A DNA stretch of 64,000 bases from contig MCFE01000161.1 in assembly GCA_002104905.1 (NCBI GenBank), positions 1 to 64,000 of the forward strand, given 5' to 3'. The notes under the pieces were generated by a model that was not told where the DNA came from, did no database searches, and was given only the letters and a program-made list of their open reading frames with translations. Source of the DNA: Basidiobolus meristosporus CBS 931.73. Lineage: Eukaryota > Fungi > Basidiobolomycota. The position numbers and the translations under genes are program-made. Below, one piece after another: positions 1 through 13,218 of the stretch. How positions within the stretch are numbered: the first letter of the stretch is position 1; the number at the start of each line of letters is the position of its first letter.

Positions 1-433
1 GTCTTATCCTTGCGATTGGGAATTCCCAGCTTCGGAATCGATGCGCCATTTGAACGTCTGGTTTGGCTGAGTAAATGTGAGGTAGACTATGCCAAGATAA
101 CAGATTGGCCCTAATGCTAATCAGTCTGATCATGCTTCATTTAGAATCTAAAAGCCCGGCATTTATTTTGGTCAAACAGCAAATTCGACTACATCTTGGG
201 TGAAACGAAAATCATTAAATGGATAGGGGGTCAAATGGTGAGCATAGGTTGAAGAAGGAAGATGACGAAAACGAGATAACTAGTTGAATCAGGTGAAAAC
301 GTTGGCGGCAATTGTGGATTCAGGCTATTTGGATTTTACAACAAAAACGAGATTCAAAATGGTAGATAATATGCTGCAATGCCTCCCAATAGCGAAATGA
401 TGAATGGAAAGTTCATGGTAGTCAGGAGAACCA

Positions 434-3261
434 TTATTTGATTCTGATCTGAGGATGTGTATCGCTCATCTCAAAGGCCCCACCATCTCTTAGCTCCTCC
501 CATCCTTTCTTCTTCGAGTTCTTCCTCGGCATTTTTTTAATGGCCAAATGGTTGTAGATGTGGCCAATGATCGAGAAGAGTATACCCAGGATACTACTCA
601 CCATGGAAAGGAATGGGAATAGGGTGAAGTACCCGTTCGAGGATTTGAAAAGCGACTGAATGATTAGATGGGGAAGATCGGAAAGCACTAGACCAGTTGC
701 TGTGCAGTAAAGAATTCTCTTGGATACATTCTCCGAGAATGGGGCGTTGAGGTCATTGAAACCAGCAAATCTGGATTGGAGAATATTGAGTAGTACCGGA
801 TTGATTGAGGCCAAAAGCGAGATCATTGCCGTGATCATTGTACGACGGGAGAACCACTCATGGAACGCGGGATTCTCCGTCACCTCCTTCACGATAATCA
901 TCGTAGAGCTGAGCATATAGAATGCAAACGGTAAAAGAAGGAAGATGATGGAAGGAATTCGTAAATACGGGACATCCGAGCTGTTGAAGATGACAAACAT
1001 CAAGTATGCGATGAAATTGAACAAGGAGACGGCTAACACAAACAAGATCATGTTGTTGCTTTCTGGGAAACGGCGGTGGCAAACGGTGTATAGGACGGCC
1101 AAGAGAACGATCACCACTCCACCTGCGATGAAGATATTACGATTGCTGGCAAACATATTTTCTACAATGATTAGATATTAATGATTAGCACTCTTCAGAA
1201 CCACCGCTAGACTCAAAATACAAATAAAACCTTCGATTTTAGCACCATACTGTGCATCAATATCTCTAGTGGTGCTGCCACTATTCAAGGGGCTGGTATC
1301 TTTCTTGGCAAGCATTTGGTTGAGGTATGTCACCAAGGAGCTGACAGGAATCTTTCCATTGGAAGTGTGGGCTTTCTTCAGAGTAACCTGGTAGATCTCG
1401 CCACCATGATCAGCTCTCAGGTATCTACAACTGATCCGATTTGCTTCCACCGGGAGGAGGTTGGACAAGTCAGTAGCCAAGTTTGTGCTGGTAGTGTCAT
1501 GATTTCTTGGTTGTGGGGATGGCTGGAGTCTAAGTTGCAACGTAACATCATCTTTGTCAGCAAACTGATTTGTTGCCATCGCAGTCCAGACATTCCAATT
1601 ATCTCCCTGAAGTCCCATCAACGGCTCATTTGATGAGCTCCGGAAGGTACCGCCATCTATGGTGATCTGGTATTGAGTGCCCGGGGTATTAAATGCGAAA
1701 GGGGACACTTTCACTGTTATTGACGAACCAAGCTGATTGGAACTGGGGATCACAGGAATGATCTCTCTTAAATATGGCTTAGACCCCTCAAGAGCGTAAA
1801 TAGTAATGTTGCCCACACCATAGCGATAATTCTCTTGATAAAAGTATATGGTAAGCGAATCGGTGTTGAGATTGACTGTGCTTCCAAGTTGCGGCAAAGT
1901 ATTGTTTATGGTCGGGTTGCCGTATCCCGAATCTAAGGGCAAGGGGTTAGTATCACCAGTAATTCGGAGAGGCGGATGACAAGCACAATACCTGGCAAGA
2001 ATTTGGTCACGTTTTGAGAAATAATCTGATAGCCAGAGTTGCTAAGCGGCCAAGCAGCAGGAACATTGGGGTCGGCGCGGAACAAGCTCAAAACAGTATT
2101 TGTTGAGGGAAGAACGGCCAAGGGGCCATAAGCGATATTCATCTGGTTCACATTCTGACTAACAAACTCCCGATTGTAGAGGCTCAAATAGGTGGACAGG
2201 CTTTGTGTTGCGGTCTGGGGTGGGGCCGCTACCACCACCATGCCGCCATATGGCAGAGGGAGTGGTATAGGCGTTACGAACGACTTGGTAACATCCACAG
2301 AGGTGGTCGCTCCAATTTGTGCAGGGTTGTCATATGTGGCACCAGTGAAGGAGAATTGGGTTATATACGTCGAATACGAACGAACTTGAGCAGTTCCGCT
2401 ACTCCAGTCATCATATATGCAGAAATGGCCATCTCCAGCTCTCAATGTGCCACACTTTGTTATACGAAGAAATCCAGTAGTATTGGACATTGCGACGATA
2501 AAGGCTTGAGTTATTGGTTGCCCAGGCTGGAGGTAGGCTGCACGGATTAGCTGGTTGTTATTGTTGTTACCAGTTCCTGCATTCCAGTTGATGATGAAGT
2601 TCCCATCCGCAGTAGAGGACACGGCGATACTTGGTTGATAGCTGTTATCTGTCGTTACGGCAAACACGTTGGAAGCTATTAACGTAGAGTTGCTTTCGAT
2701 ATTGCCGCTACTATCCAAAACGCTGTACATGGCGGACCCAGACTTACTCTGAGTATTTACTACGAAGTAAGCAATTAAAATCTTCGCCGGATCGCTTTCG
2801 CTGACTGCTGCCGAAAATTGAAGCACATCAAACAGTTTCTTCAACGGCCCTATAGGCGAGCCCGTCTTGCTGTAAATTTGGACGTTTAGCTGACTACTTT
2901 GTAAGGGGACATACAAGTGAGCGAAATTCTGCCCGGGTAAGCTCAGAAATATGGAATTCTCATCACTGAACAAGACCGGTAGATCAGTCAACTGGAAAAG
3001 CTGGTTTCTGTCCGCATCGTAGCCTATTGCTACATCGGGTTGAGTGTATGAGCGCATTAATTGATAATCCGCGGGAGTCTTGGGGTTGATACTTGCATAC
3101 GCTGAATAGTTAGTATACCGCGCGAGAGTCCAGATGGACCGGCCATCCTCGAAAGCAGCAGCATTTAACCGTGGTGCTATTGCAGCCTGTCCCACGATAT
3201 GTTGAATTAAAGGGAATATCAACAGGCATCGAGCTAGCACAAACCCGAATAGTTTGGCCAT
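434..3261 (-). CDS. Secreted/membrane protein (~899 aa): signal peptide, large beta-rich ectodomain, Ig-like (SbsA/Big_5-like) domain and C-terminal multi-TM region; resembles a family expanded in Glomeromycota
   Basis: Three ORFs join through GT-AG introns 1933-1991 and 1162-1230. Exons 3261-1992, 1932-1231 and 1161-434 total 2700 nt in frame. N-terminus MAKLFGFVLARCLLIFPLIQHIVGQ is signal-like. Middle segment ITVKVSPFAFNTPGTQYQITIDGGTF..EPLMGL..W..T is Ig-like. The C-terminus has ~6 hydrophobic helices with SDLPHLIIQ. Family assignment is from recall, not from a search. Confidence 0.8.
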
Positions 3262-6200
3262 GGTTTTTGGTGGTAGAAGGGGAATTGAATGGGGCAGCCG
3301 AAGTCTTGATTATCAAAGTTGGATTGTTCACTGACGTTGACTATGTGCCAAGACTTCTCGAAAATGAAGAAAAATGGTCAGAGATGTTTAAGAGCAGATA
3401 GCTTTCCAGTCAATGAATAGCAATTCAACGATATCCTAGAGGGCCAAAGGAGAATGATGGGAACGGTCAGGGAAGGAGTGTGTGTGGAATAAAAGAAAGA
3501 GAGTGAACGGGATGAATGACAAGGTGCAAGAGGTAATATCTACGCTGAGTGCTGATGAAGAATTGTTTTGAATGGTTAGGGGATGTGGTACAAGCCTGGA
3601 TTAGGAAGATGCTTCGAAGGGGAGGGAATAATTAATATAAGTATTCATCATTTTAGAAAATCAATCTGGTGCATTTGGGTGTCCACTCAAAGACCAAATA
3701 CAAATTCAGTAACCTAAAGTGCTTTTCCAATGTAACATTACGAATTATGTGTACATCATGGCAATAATCTAATATTTAGAGTCCAAATCTAAGCATTTAA
3801 TTATTATCAAGTGGCACCTAGTCCCAGCCACCTAGCAACCTGTTTTTACCGACTTCTGCTGCTCTTCAGACATCCAATGGGGTGCATTGGGTGGTTTATT
3901 TTAAGAAACAAATTGGTCTACTTCCGTGGTAATTAGAGGTAACATAGGTGATCATATTCGAGGATGCTAAATAATTGATTGCATAGTGTGCAGATTACTC
4001 GAAGGATCCCAGGAGGGCTCAATCACATGGGGTCCATTAATTGACGCACTTAAAGACCCATTCTTAGATTAACCACGAAGCCCTCTACTCCACCGCAATA
4101 TCCCTAGGCTCAGCAGCGACGAAGATTACGTTTCTGTCATCAACAGCATTCATCAGTAGGCTGCGCTATTAGGCAATATGGTTAAAATGGGAATGAAACC
4201 ATATATAAAAAGCGCCATCATATAAATAGACTCACTTGATGAAGGGAACCTAATACCCACTCCTTCCAAATCAGGATGTTCGTTATATAATAAGGATCGA
4301 TGCTCCTGCCTTTTAATGATCAACTGGCACTGGCTAGGATTGGGACCCTGACAAATTTTACCCATTCCATTGTTGCCTCTGGTTTACTGCGCAGCAGAAT
4401 TTGCCATTCACTTAATCTTAAACATCAAGTTGCCGTGTGTGTATTAGATTTGCTCATTATACAAGAATGGTTTTCGAGTGCAGCTATATATAGGCCATCG
4501 TGTGCTACTAATAAGGATGCATGGTTTGATAGCTGCTTGTCACTTCCTAGCTCGTGAGTGCCAGCGAATCTAGCCCCAGCTTTGGCAGAAGTGACTGTCT
4601 TTAAAGTTATTGCTGGTGATTATCTTTTAGTTATCCGGGCATTGATAGGATGGGGTACTGATCAGCAATCAAGAAAGGATGAGCAGGCTATGACCTCAAC
4701 CAAGCTTGGGGCTCGTCAGCTGTGTGCCGTAAACCTGTCATCATTAGATTGAGAGTGGTTTGTTCTTTGAAATATGACAATGGATGCCTTTCTGAAGCTC
4801 AATGAGCAGTCCACTCGTTCTCTTCGGACCCAGTGGCTTCCATGTCAGGATACCCATATCGTTTGGCGAAGCAAGATTGTAGTCTTCGTGAAATATGTTG
4901 CTTTTTGTGGATTTCATGATTACGCTATACACCGTACAACCATAGCTAGCCCAGTGCAGATAGCCTATTCTAAATGCACTGTGAACGTATGCATAGCACT
5001 ACTATCAGTTGTAGCGATAGGCCTCAATCTTTTTCCAAAGCTGTTGAACAACCCAACTGTTACTGGGTTATTCTTTGACTAAAACCAATTCACTACAAAC
5101 TAGGTTAGTGAATTCCAAGTAAATGTATGATTAAATCTATTCTACGAAGTTTATGTAAAATCCAAATACCGTGATTAAGAATATATGATTAAGGCGTCAG
5201 GTGATGGGGCAACTAGAGGACAGCCTCCTAACCCACAATACCATGGCATTTGCAGGAATTGTTAGGTTAAACCAGATTTTCAGTTTAATCGCTGTGCCAT
5301 TACTTCAGCGGGCACATGAGGAATGAGACATAAGTCAGGAGGACTGCATTTAGGAAGAATGTGACCATTGCGATATTTAATGCCTCTATGATTTCAGACT
5401 ACTGGTCACAGGTTACCATCAAATGATCACTTACGCTCCTAAGTATCATGTATTTCGCTCAAGCCGATGTGCTCATGAATCAGGCGCAGGTGATGTTTAA
5501 TCGGACAGGATTCTACTACCACGATTCGCATTGGAAATGGCAACGAACTAGCCAAGTCCAGGATCTGTTATAATTAACCTGATTACCCAAACAGGGAATC
5601 TCTTTACTTGATTTGATGAATGGTATATTTCGGAGAATTCGTGAGGCGTGAATATTCCCACTCTCACCAATATCGTTCTGCAGGCCACATCCACATGGAA
5701 GAATACATTGGATTTCTGTGAGATGCTACTACTGATCCAATGGAAGCGATCAGAGCATTTTACACTGTGCAGTAGGCGTTCGGCCTATCTGAAGAGTACT
5801 ATTTCCAGGAAAAAAGAACGCTGGATGATTCGATACCAAAATGAGACTTTGTGCTCAAATAGCAAAAGTATATAAGAAGGGCAGGTATTATCAACGCCTC
5901 ATCCATCCTACCACTATTGCATTACGTCTCAGCAACAGAATGTCAATCGCTCGAATCCTTCGCATCATTACTACCCAGAAGCAAATGGCTGCCCGTGCGC
6001 TTTCTACTGTCAGCAACGAGACGCAATTTAGTAGCCGTCGAATGGAGGAATTACTCAAGTCTGGCACTGCCAGAACCATGATACAGCAAGCGAAGTCCCA
6101 GGCGGCAAGGGCTCAAAGAAGCCATTCAATTCCACCTAAGCAAACCACCCCTCCTGTACTTAATAATACCCGCAAAGACAGCACCTACTCTCGTAGCCTC

Positions 6201-6897
6201 TAATGTATTTAGCCCGATCCAAGCCTTACAATTTGATATATTATCCGAAGGGTAACCATGTAAATCTGTTGCGCCACGTCTCTAACGAATAATAAACCCT
6301 TTCTACAAATCATTATTATGACATTACACATACTGAGAACAGCTCCATTGTCTCATTCACAGTGGAACCAGAAATCCAGGTAAGCGTGGGATTCAATACC
6401 TACCGTTGGAGGTGTGCATCTGCGACATTCGCACAAGAGGTATTTTTTCATGAAGTTGGGTTTGTAATTAGAACTCGTGGGAATTCCGAATATATCAAGA
6501 TTTCACAAACCACCCCTGTTGAAGGCTCTTTTTGTTACGGCGGGGTTCCATTGATCTGACTACCACCCGGATACACCCGAAGGAATCCGTCCAAATGTTG
6601 ATTTGGCGTCGGAATATCGCCGAACATTTCGTCAAATCTTCTCCGATAGCCATTAAAGAGAATTTGGGTTGAAAAAATATGGCAGTGGCCTAGCTCTTTT
6701 GTGCCACCCAATCGTTAGTATAGCCAGTGGAGATATGGTTTTCATATATGGAATTTGGATAAATGTGATGGCAGTCCGTCATCTGGCGCTTCAAACTGGA
6801 ATAGGAAGACAGTATATTATTGAGCATTCTAGAATGATCAACCTTCAATTAGTGCAGTAAACTTTCACTGTTGTAACTGACCCTATGAGAAATCGTA

Positions 6898-7150
6898 TAC
6901 TTGGAGTTCATCTGATGATCTGCTGGTATTCTCATGGTATTTTGCTGGCATTCAGCTGGTGTTTCTCCTTCAAATTTTTAGTTGCAATTCTTTGTGGAAG
7001 TAGTAGGTAGCTGACTACCAAATTTGGTATGCATGCTAGTTGGCCTAGTCTCCTGGAGGATACGTCTGCTTGTCTACCAAATAGCTAGAGCCTGAGATAT
7101 TGAGAGTTTTAAGTTTAGAGAAACTTGGAATTCTGCTGGCATTGAGTTAT
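6898..7150. repeat. Dispersed repeat (degenerate, possibly LTR-retrotransposon gag-derived); copy 1 of 3
   Basis: Shares long blocks with 62152-62400 (ggcattcagctggtgttt..ttc..aaattttt.gttg.aattctttgtggaagtagt; gagatattgagagtt...agaaacttggaattc). Shares a shorter block with ~38190-38360. Confidence 0.8.
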
Positions 7151-8154
7151 TTTTTTAGGGCGCTTATGGTTCATTGAGGATTTATGTTGAAGGCGGTTAT
7201 CCAGCTTGGGCAGTTGGTTTACTCTGCATTGAATGATTTCATAGTCTAAAAGATATGGTACAAAATAAAAGTCCACAGCAACTCTGAAAAAGTTGACTAA
7301 TTCCTCAGAAATATTAAATTTGAGAACGGGCAGAGGTCTTAAGCTATCTGGGGACCTCAGATTTTGGACACATAAAGCTTTTCAAATGTTCATAACAGTT
7401 GACCATCATTAAACCAATTCAACAGTGAGAAATATACCTACATTTCCAATATTCAGAATTATGGGGCACCAAAATATAAAAAGATAAATTTTCTAATGAG
7501 AAAAATACAAGCACTCCCCAATGCTGCAGTCACATTGATCAGGAAAGAGCATAATACTTATGGCTAGGACAACCTTTAAAGCAGAGTCAACTGTTTTCAT
7601 TTGATCATTAGCAGCTTAACTGATAGGTTCTAATGAAAAGATACTCCAAATAGCCACAAGTTGAATATTGTCAAGTCCCAATATGTAACACCTGTTAAGA
7701 ACGATATCATTTCCAATTGCACATGAATATATGTGCCAGCCATTTCTCGACATCAATATCAATATCAGCAGTGTCCATGTTATAAATAATGCTCTAAGCT
7801 TTATTAGAATTTAAAATGTGGAACCAAACAAGCAAATAATCTTAATAAATCGGTGTTTAGCAGAAAATTAATTTGTACGCAGTTAGGGTTAAATAATGTG
7901 AATCAGTTTACAAAACTAAAGATGACAGTGAACCAGCCTAAGTTACAGCTACTATTCACAATATGGACACTGACCATATACGTAGGTATCATTAGGCAAT
8001 ACAAAACGTTATTCGTTCACTCCTAACCACCTGTATCTCAAGTAACATAGGCGTGATAGAGTGATGACTACTTCGATAGGGCAAGATTTTGTCGCCAATT
8101 GCGAGCTGCCACAATAATGAAACGCTGGGTTGCGACCTACCAGATTCGAACTGT

Positions 8155-8625
8155 TCATACAGTGAACGAAAGTGTCTCGACAGCGGGTAAATCCCTAAAT
8201 ATCTCATCCAACTCCTTGCTAGAAGTACGTAAAACTCCAACCTGCTGATCCTTCCCCGACTTGAAAATTCGAAAGCTCATTTTCTCCGCAAAGGGTACAA
8301 AATCAAAAAATTCTTCTGCCACTGTGTCTATTGCGCTACGGTTGATGGGGTGGCTACTCCTTAAGGGAAATTGGTAATTCCAACCGACCAAGTTTAGAAA
8401 ATCAAACCCTTCATGAGGCTTAGCTTTGTTCATTGGTTTAAAACGAATGTTATCTTGACGAACAATTAGCTTGTCACGCGATGAAGCAGGAAGCAAAAGA
8501 TAGTCATAAACATTTTGTAAGGTGATTAAAGGGACTGGGGGCTTTGTTGACAGCCTACACTTGGGCATTGACAAGGATCTAAGGGTCAGCACGCGGCTGG
8601 CAGAACTGTAGTACAAAGAGTTCAT
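8155..8625 (-). CDS. Uncharacterised 156-aa protein with basic Ser/Arg-rich N-terminus and repeated F-x-x-[LV]-P-x4-[LM]-S-F motif; paralogue of 11671..12237
   Basis: Single-exon ORF from a true ATG at 8625. Motifs EEFFDFVPFAEKMSF and DEIFRDLPAVETLSF align with those in ORF 11671..12237. Confidence 0.65.
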   Translation of the reverse strand: MNSLYYSSASRVLTLRSLSMPKCRLSTKPPVPLITLQNVYDYLLLPASSRDKLIVRQDNIRFKPMNKAKPHEGFDFLNLVGWNYQFPLRSSHPINRSAIDTVAEEFFDFVPFAEKMSFRIFKSGKDQQVGVLRTSSKELDEIFRDLPAVETLSFTV

Positions 8626-11600
8626 AGGGAAAAATCGATGAAGTTGGAGAGTTAAAGAATGAAGTTCACGAAGTACGAAGCTGCGTTTTTATAGTGGAGT
8701 TAAAGTTTATCCATTGTATGCATACATCTAGCCCAATGCGGCATTTAAATACAAGTAGCCTAAATGACCGATTTATTTAAGCGTCGCCTTCCAAATCTAT
8801 TATATGAATCTGGGAATTTGGAATACCACCAGTAACTTTCAACAACAGTTGTGAAATGGGTTCTAAAGCAAAATATACATCCGGCCAGATACTTGGATGT
8901 CGTGGTGAATTTATGGTATTCCTTACTGAGATGTGTGTCAATGGTGGTATCACGAGAGAGTGACTCACTACGGAGCGGAAATGGCGGCTATGATTACTCC
9001 TATTGTCATGAGATTGAACCAGATAACACACATGTGACTATCCATATCGATAAGTCCTCTGTTGTTTCGCCTTAAGACGCGCTTGTAAGACTATGCTAGA
9101 AGATACGGGGTGAATAATAATGCAGAGCATACGGCTGATTCCTGTTCTAAATTCCTTGGACCATAATGGTGCTTGGACATATGAATTTTCAAAGATTGCT
9201 TCATTCTGCATTTGTTTAGCATACAACACTACTGATGTTCTTACGCTGGAAACGTTCCCCATGAGTAGAACACTGGCTAGGAACCCATGTGACACTCTTT
9301 TTGCACAAAGCAGGAGATTTGACGAAGATGCGTGGCTTCGGGAGCTATTTTTCCTATTATCCCCTATGATGTGAAGTTATGCAGACCTAGGTTACCAAAA
9401 AAAATGATTCGGTACACAGAAAGGCATCTCCTTGCTTGTGGAAATACCGCTCAACAGTGGCAATATTGTTGGGAGTGGCTTGCAACCCAAGGTCCTGGAT
9501 GGATGACACAGGTAAAGGAGATACCCACATTGTGAGGGTGCAAATGAGATACAATTCCCAACATAACATAGCGGTTCGCACACATCGTCACACCCATATG
9601 CACCTTAGGCTAGACTAGCCTGCATTACTATCACAAAATGATTGAACTCATACATTGCAGGATCCTTAAAACAATGTGCTCGAGTTTTTTGGCCATACGG
9701 TTCTTGGTACTCATGTACGCATGAGGTAAGGAATTTACTGTCATATGAATATACATTCTACACCATGTTTGTCTCAGCAGCACATTTGAAGATAATGATT
9801 CTACTATTCTGGATATACTCCACTGGGGAGTCAAGATAAAGCTTATTATTCTACATGTATGTATTCTATATATCTTCCGGTGCCAATATCCTGCCATTGG
9901 AGCTATCGTTTGAAGTGGTTTCTCACACTTGACCTGGGTCAGAATCTAGATTCCCATTATGTGCACGTGGCTGAAAGATCCCTGTGTTGAATTGAGCGGG
10001 CTGAGCATGATGATTAACCCTTGAGGTTCCTAAAATGGTGCATCTTGAACGAAAACTCATCACATGGAGGCGATAGATAAACCAATGGATAAAAGGTTAA
10101 GCATGCTGACCTAGATTCGGTGGTTTCTGCTGGTGGTTCACTTATCGCTGATCATCAGAGAATAATCAGTGGGGATTAGCAGTGCCATATGACTTTATCG
10201 GATAAAAAGCACCATGTGGATCGGCAGTATGGATGTGTGTTGAGAAATCTGTAGTAGCTACAGACTGGTCTGCCCATTCAGAAACCAAATCCTTGAATTT
10301 TTGGGCTTGGAATTGGTTGAATTTGGCTGTTACCATGAGCGCAGAGGCATATGGCCGGGTCAAATCGGCGGCCATACAACAGTAACGATGGTACAGGTCT
10401 CACATGACTATGAACTATTGAAGAAATCTGGGAATGATCAATGCCCCATGATGTATAATATCACTCGTCGTTTTCATGGAAATAGCTTGTTTTTGGTGTG
10501 GTAGGTGCGTCAAGTGCAGTTTTCATTAACAATGATAAGTATGATGAATAACCTATCGCTATTGAACTGCTTAATGTGTATCAAGTAGTACTTTCTTTAG
10601 TCATAGATTATTTTACAATGATATTGATAGTAATATTTCATCCTAACAGACATGTGATTGAATTTCGATTATGATTAGGTTTGAGCGAGGCACAAATCAT
10701 TGGACACTCGTTAGTGGAACTTTTCTTTCTGAGTAACCATATGATTCGGGTGAGGATGATTACCATTTGGGTTTCCAAGGTATGCTGATATTAAACGATG
10801 GGTTGTTGGTAAGAAAGGAAAAGGCGAGACCATGTCTTGCCTAGAAACCGTAGTTCGAGAGCTCCATACTCCGCCTATGATTACCTGATAAGCCGTTCAG
10901 CGGGCCTATTGTCAACAACAGAGGCAGGTGATTGGCACCTAGCAGGAGGGTTCTGTGTTCCGTTTGTCTTCGACTCGAGTCGGGACAATCATCAAGCAAA
11001 TATGTTCTTTACCAGGATTGAGGCGTACCGTTCGCGTCATTATCACTACTACTACTGTCGCTATAATGGAGTCATCCTTAGAGTTGGAAATACGGATGGC
11101 TAGTCACCAATGAAGACTAGTATTGAAGCGCACCTATTCCTCCTGAGTTTTAAGTTATATGCCACCCATATCTCTTAGCGGTACAGTCATCTCATCCATC
11201 ATATCTACACTGTAGCAAAACATGGGGCTGCCCCTTTATGATGGCGATTTCACCCGATGTATATTTTTAAGGGATCATCGTGGAACAGTTGAATTAGGAG
11301 CTCAATATAAATCAGACAATCTAGCGCCTCATTTCTAGGGAGCTGGGATACAATACATAGTACGATCATATTATCGCCCACATTTAGTGACCAATATCCT
11401 TATGAGCCATACGATGGAATTCAAGCAAAACAGGTGTTATCGGGATGAGTCGAGATGATGAATCCAAACAATCTCCGAAAGTCGAACTCATTCCTATGCA
11501 GCCTCTTGAAATATTTCAATAGAAGGTTACATATTGATGTAACTCACCTTTTTCCCAGTCCGGTTAAAATTGATTTCTTATCATTATCATTTCATCAGAT

Positions 11601-11670
11601 CAATGAGATGCTACGCGCATATATTTAGTTCCCTCTTGAATGAGCATCTGGCCCAAACCGAAATCTTCTA

Positions 11671-12237
11671 ATGAACTCCTTCAGACTAATATTACAAAGC
11701 AGTAAATTGAAGAGGCCTTGGCATATCTCTTCACGTAATTACCCTACGACTGCAAGTAACCACCATGCTGAGCTTCCCCTATACATGATGGTCTCTCCAT
11801 ATGCACCAATTCCCTACTCGTCCACATTACCGAGCTATGATCAATCCAAACAAGCAAAGCTGCCAACTGCACAGGTTAGCACCACTAATGTGGAGGGAAT
11901 ATTTGAGGCATTAGAAGGATTTGAATGCATCACTTTCAAGACGACAACAACCTCAGTTAAACCAGAGTTCCCCACCACATCTAAACATCCCAGCCAATCC
12001 AATTCGACAATGCTAGACTTCTATCGGTTTTTGCCCAACATCGTTGATTTGAAGTTCCAAAGATCATCCACATTCGCATCCACTAGCCCTGACCAAGATC
12101 AGAGCCTTGATTGCCACTACGATTATGAGAGTGTGAAGTTTGCTTCGAAAGACTTCTCGAAGGAGTCTTGCTTTTCTGAGCTGGACAGACTATTCATGTT
12201 ACTCCCATCGGCCCATTCTCTAAGCTTTCGAAAATGA
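11671..12237 (+). CDS. Uncharacterised 188-aa protein, paralogue of 8155..8625
   Basis: Single-exon ORF from a true ATG. Motifs EGIFEALEGFECITF, LDFYRFLPNIVDLKF and DRLFMLLPSAHSLSF. Both paralogues start MNS and end two residues after the last motif. Confidence 0.65.
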   Translation: MNSFRLILQSSKLKRPWHISSRNYPTTASNHHAELPLYMMVSPYAPIPYSSTLPSYDQSKQAKLPTAQVSTTNVEGIFEALEGFECITFKTTTTSVKPEFPTTSKHPSQSNSTMLDFYRFLPNIVDLKFQRSSTFASTSPDQDQSLDCHYDYESVKFASKDFSKESCFSELDRLFMLLPSAHSLSFRK

Positions 12238-13218
12238 AAGTATCTTCGTATGTTTTACCACCACCTCAACCAAGTATGGATGACATCCACCTGATAATAT
12301 ACCATTGGCCATGAAATGGATATACTCCAACTTGCATGTATATATTGATAAAAGCTTTTAATCTGAATACGAGCATTACTGTCGAAACGGCGGATGAAGG
12401 TCTGGCACAAATTCTCATTTATTGAATGTCTGTATCGGGTTGTCGAATTCTCGGTGCACAGGAAATGTAATCGTTAACACCATGAGAGTCCCCGTCATAG
12501 GTAATTGCTGCATTGATGGCAGTGTACTATAATGTGGGGAAAGGAGCCACTGTTTCTCACGCAATCCGTAAGGATCCCACAGCGGTGTCCATGCCGTTTG
12601 GTATCACTGGAGTCAACGTACCAAGAAGTCATGGCTCCTTCACAACAAAGACCTTTTAGGACTCTTTCTCGTATCCATCGGGATTCTTACATCCGAACCT
12701 GAATTGTCTCATTGCAGCGTGAGGATCAACAGAAATGAGCAGGTTACAGATAAACCCCTGAAACACTAGGGACAAAGTACCTTATAGTATGCAGATAGAA
12801 GTTTCGGATTCAGAGGCATATGACGGAATAAAGAATGTAAAGCTTAGATCAAAATTTGGTTTACACGGGCGTCCAATTGGGGGTAAGCCTTGCTCTCCAA
12901 TTTCTTGACGTTCCTACCTAACCCTCATGCAAAAAGCTTTCTGTCACTCACAGAACTCCTCACCGCATTAGTTGACCAAAAATATATGATACAGCTGTTA
13001 CATGGAGGCCGATTAAGTCACAGATGTAGCTTAGTCTATTACGATTGTTAAATAGTGGCTACCAATTAGTGGGCGAGCCACCCTGAGAATCAAACAAGTT
13101 TTTGAATATTGAGGCGCGACAAATCGCAGCTGATATAAATGGCAGTACTGGTTGTGACGGCGAAATTCTTTCATTCATCAGACCACCACTGGGAGCATCA
13201 CACCTGTGCCATTTGAAA

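Noticed and set aside
720-3401. Numerous short ORFs antisense to real genes (also throughout the window)
   Set aside because: They are shadow ORFs opposite well-supported spliced CDSs, and many begin with non-ATG codons.
4744-4932. SPNDMGILTW resembling the Tc1/mariner SPDLNPIE..W motif
   Set aside because: Only 3 residues match, and there are no other DDE motifs or terminal inverted repeats.
5648-6860. Short ORFs that might be retroelement relics
   Set aside because: No diagnostic RT, gag or endonuclease motif in any frame.
10365-10430. GCGGCCATAC resembling the 5' end of 5S rRNA
   Set aside because: The downstream sequence does not follow 5S boxes A/C, so the match is too short.
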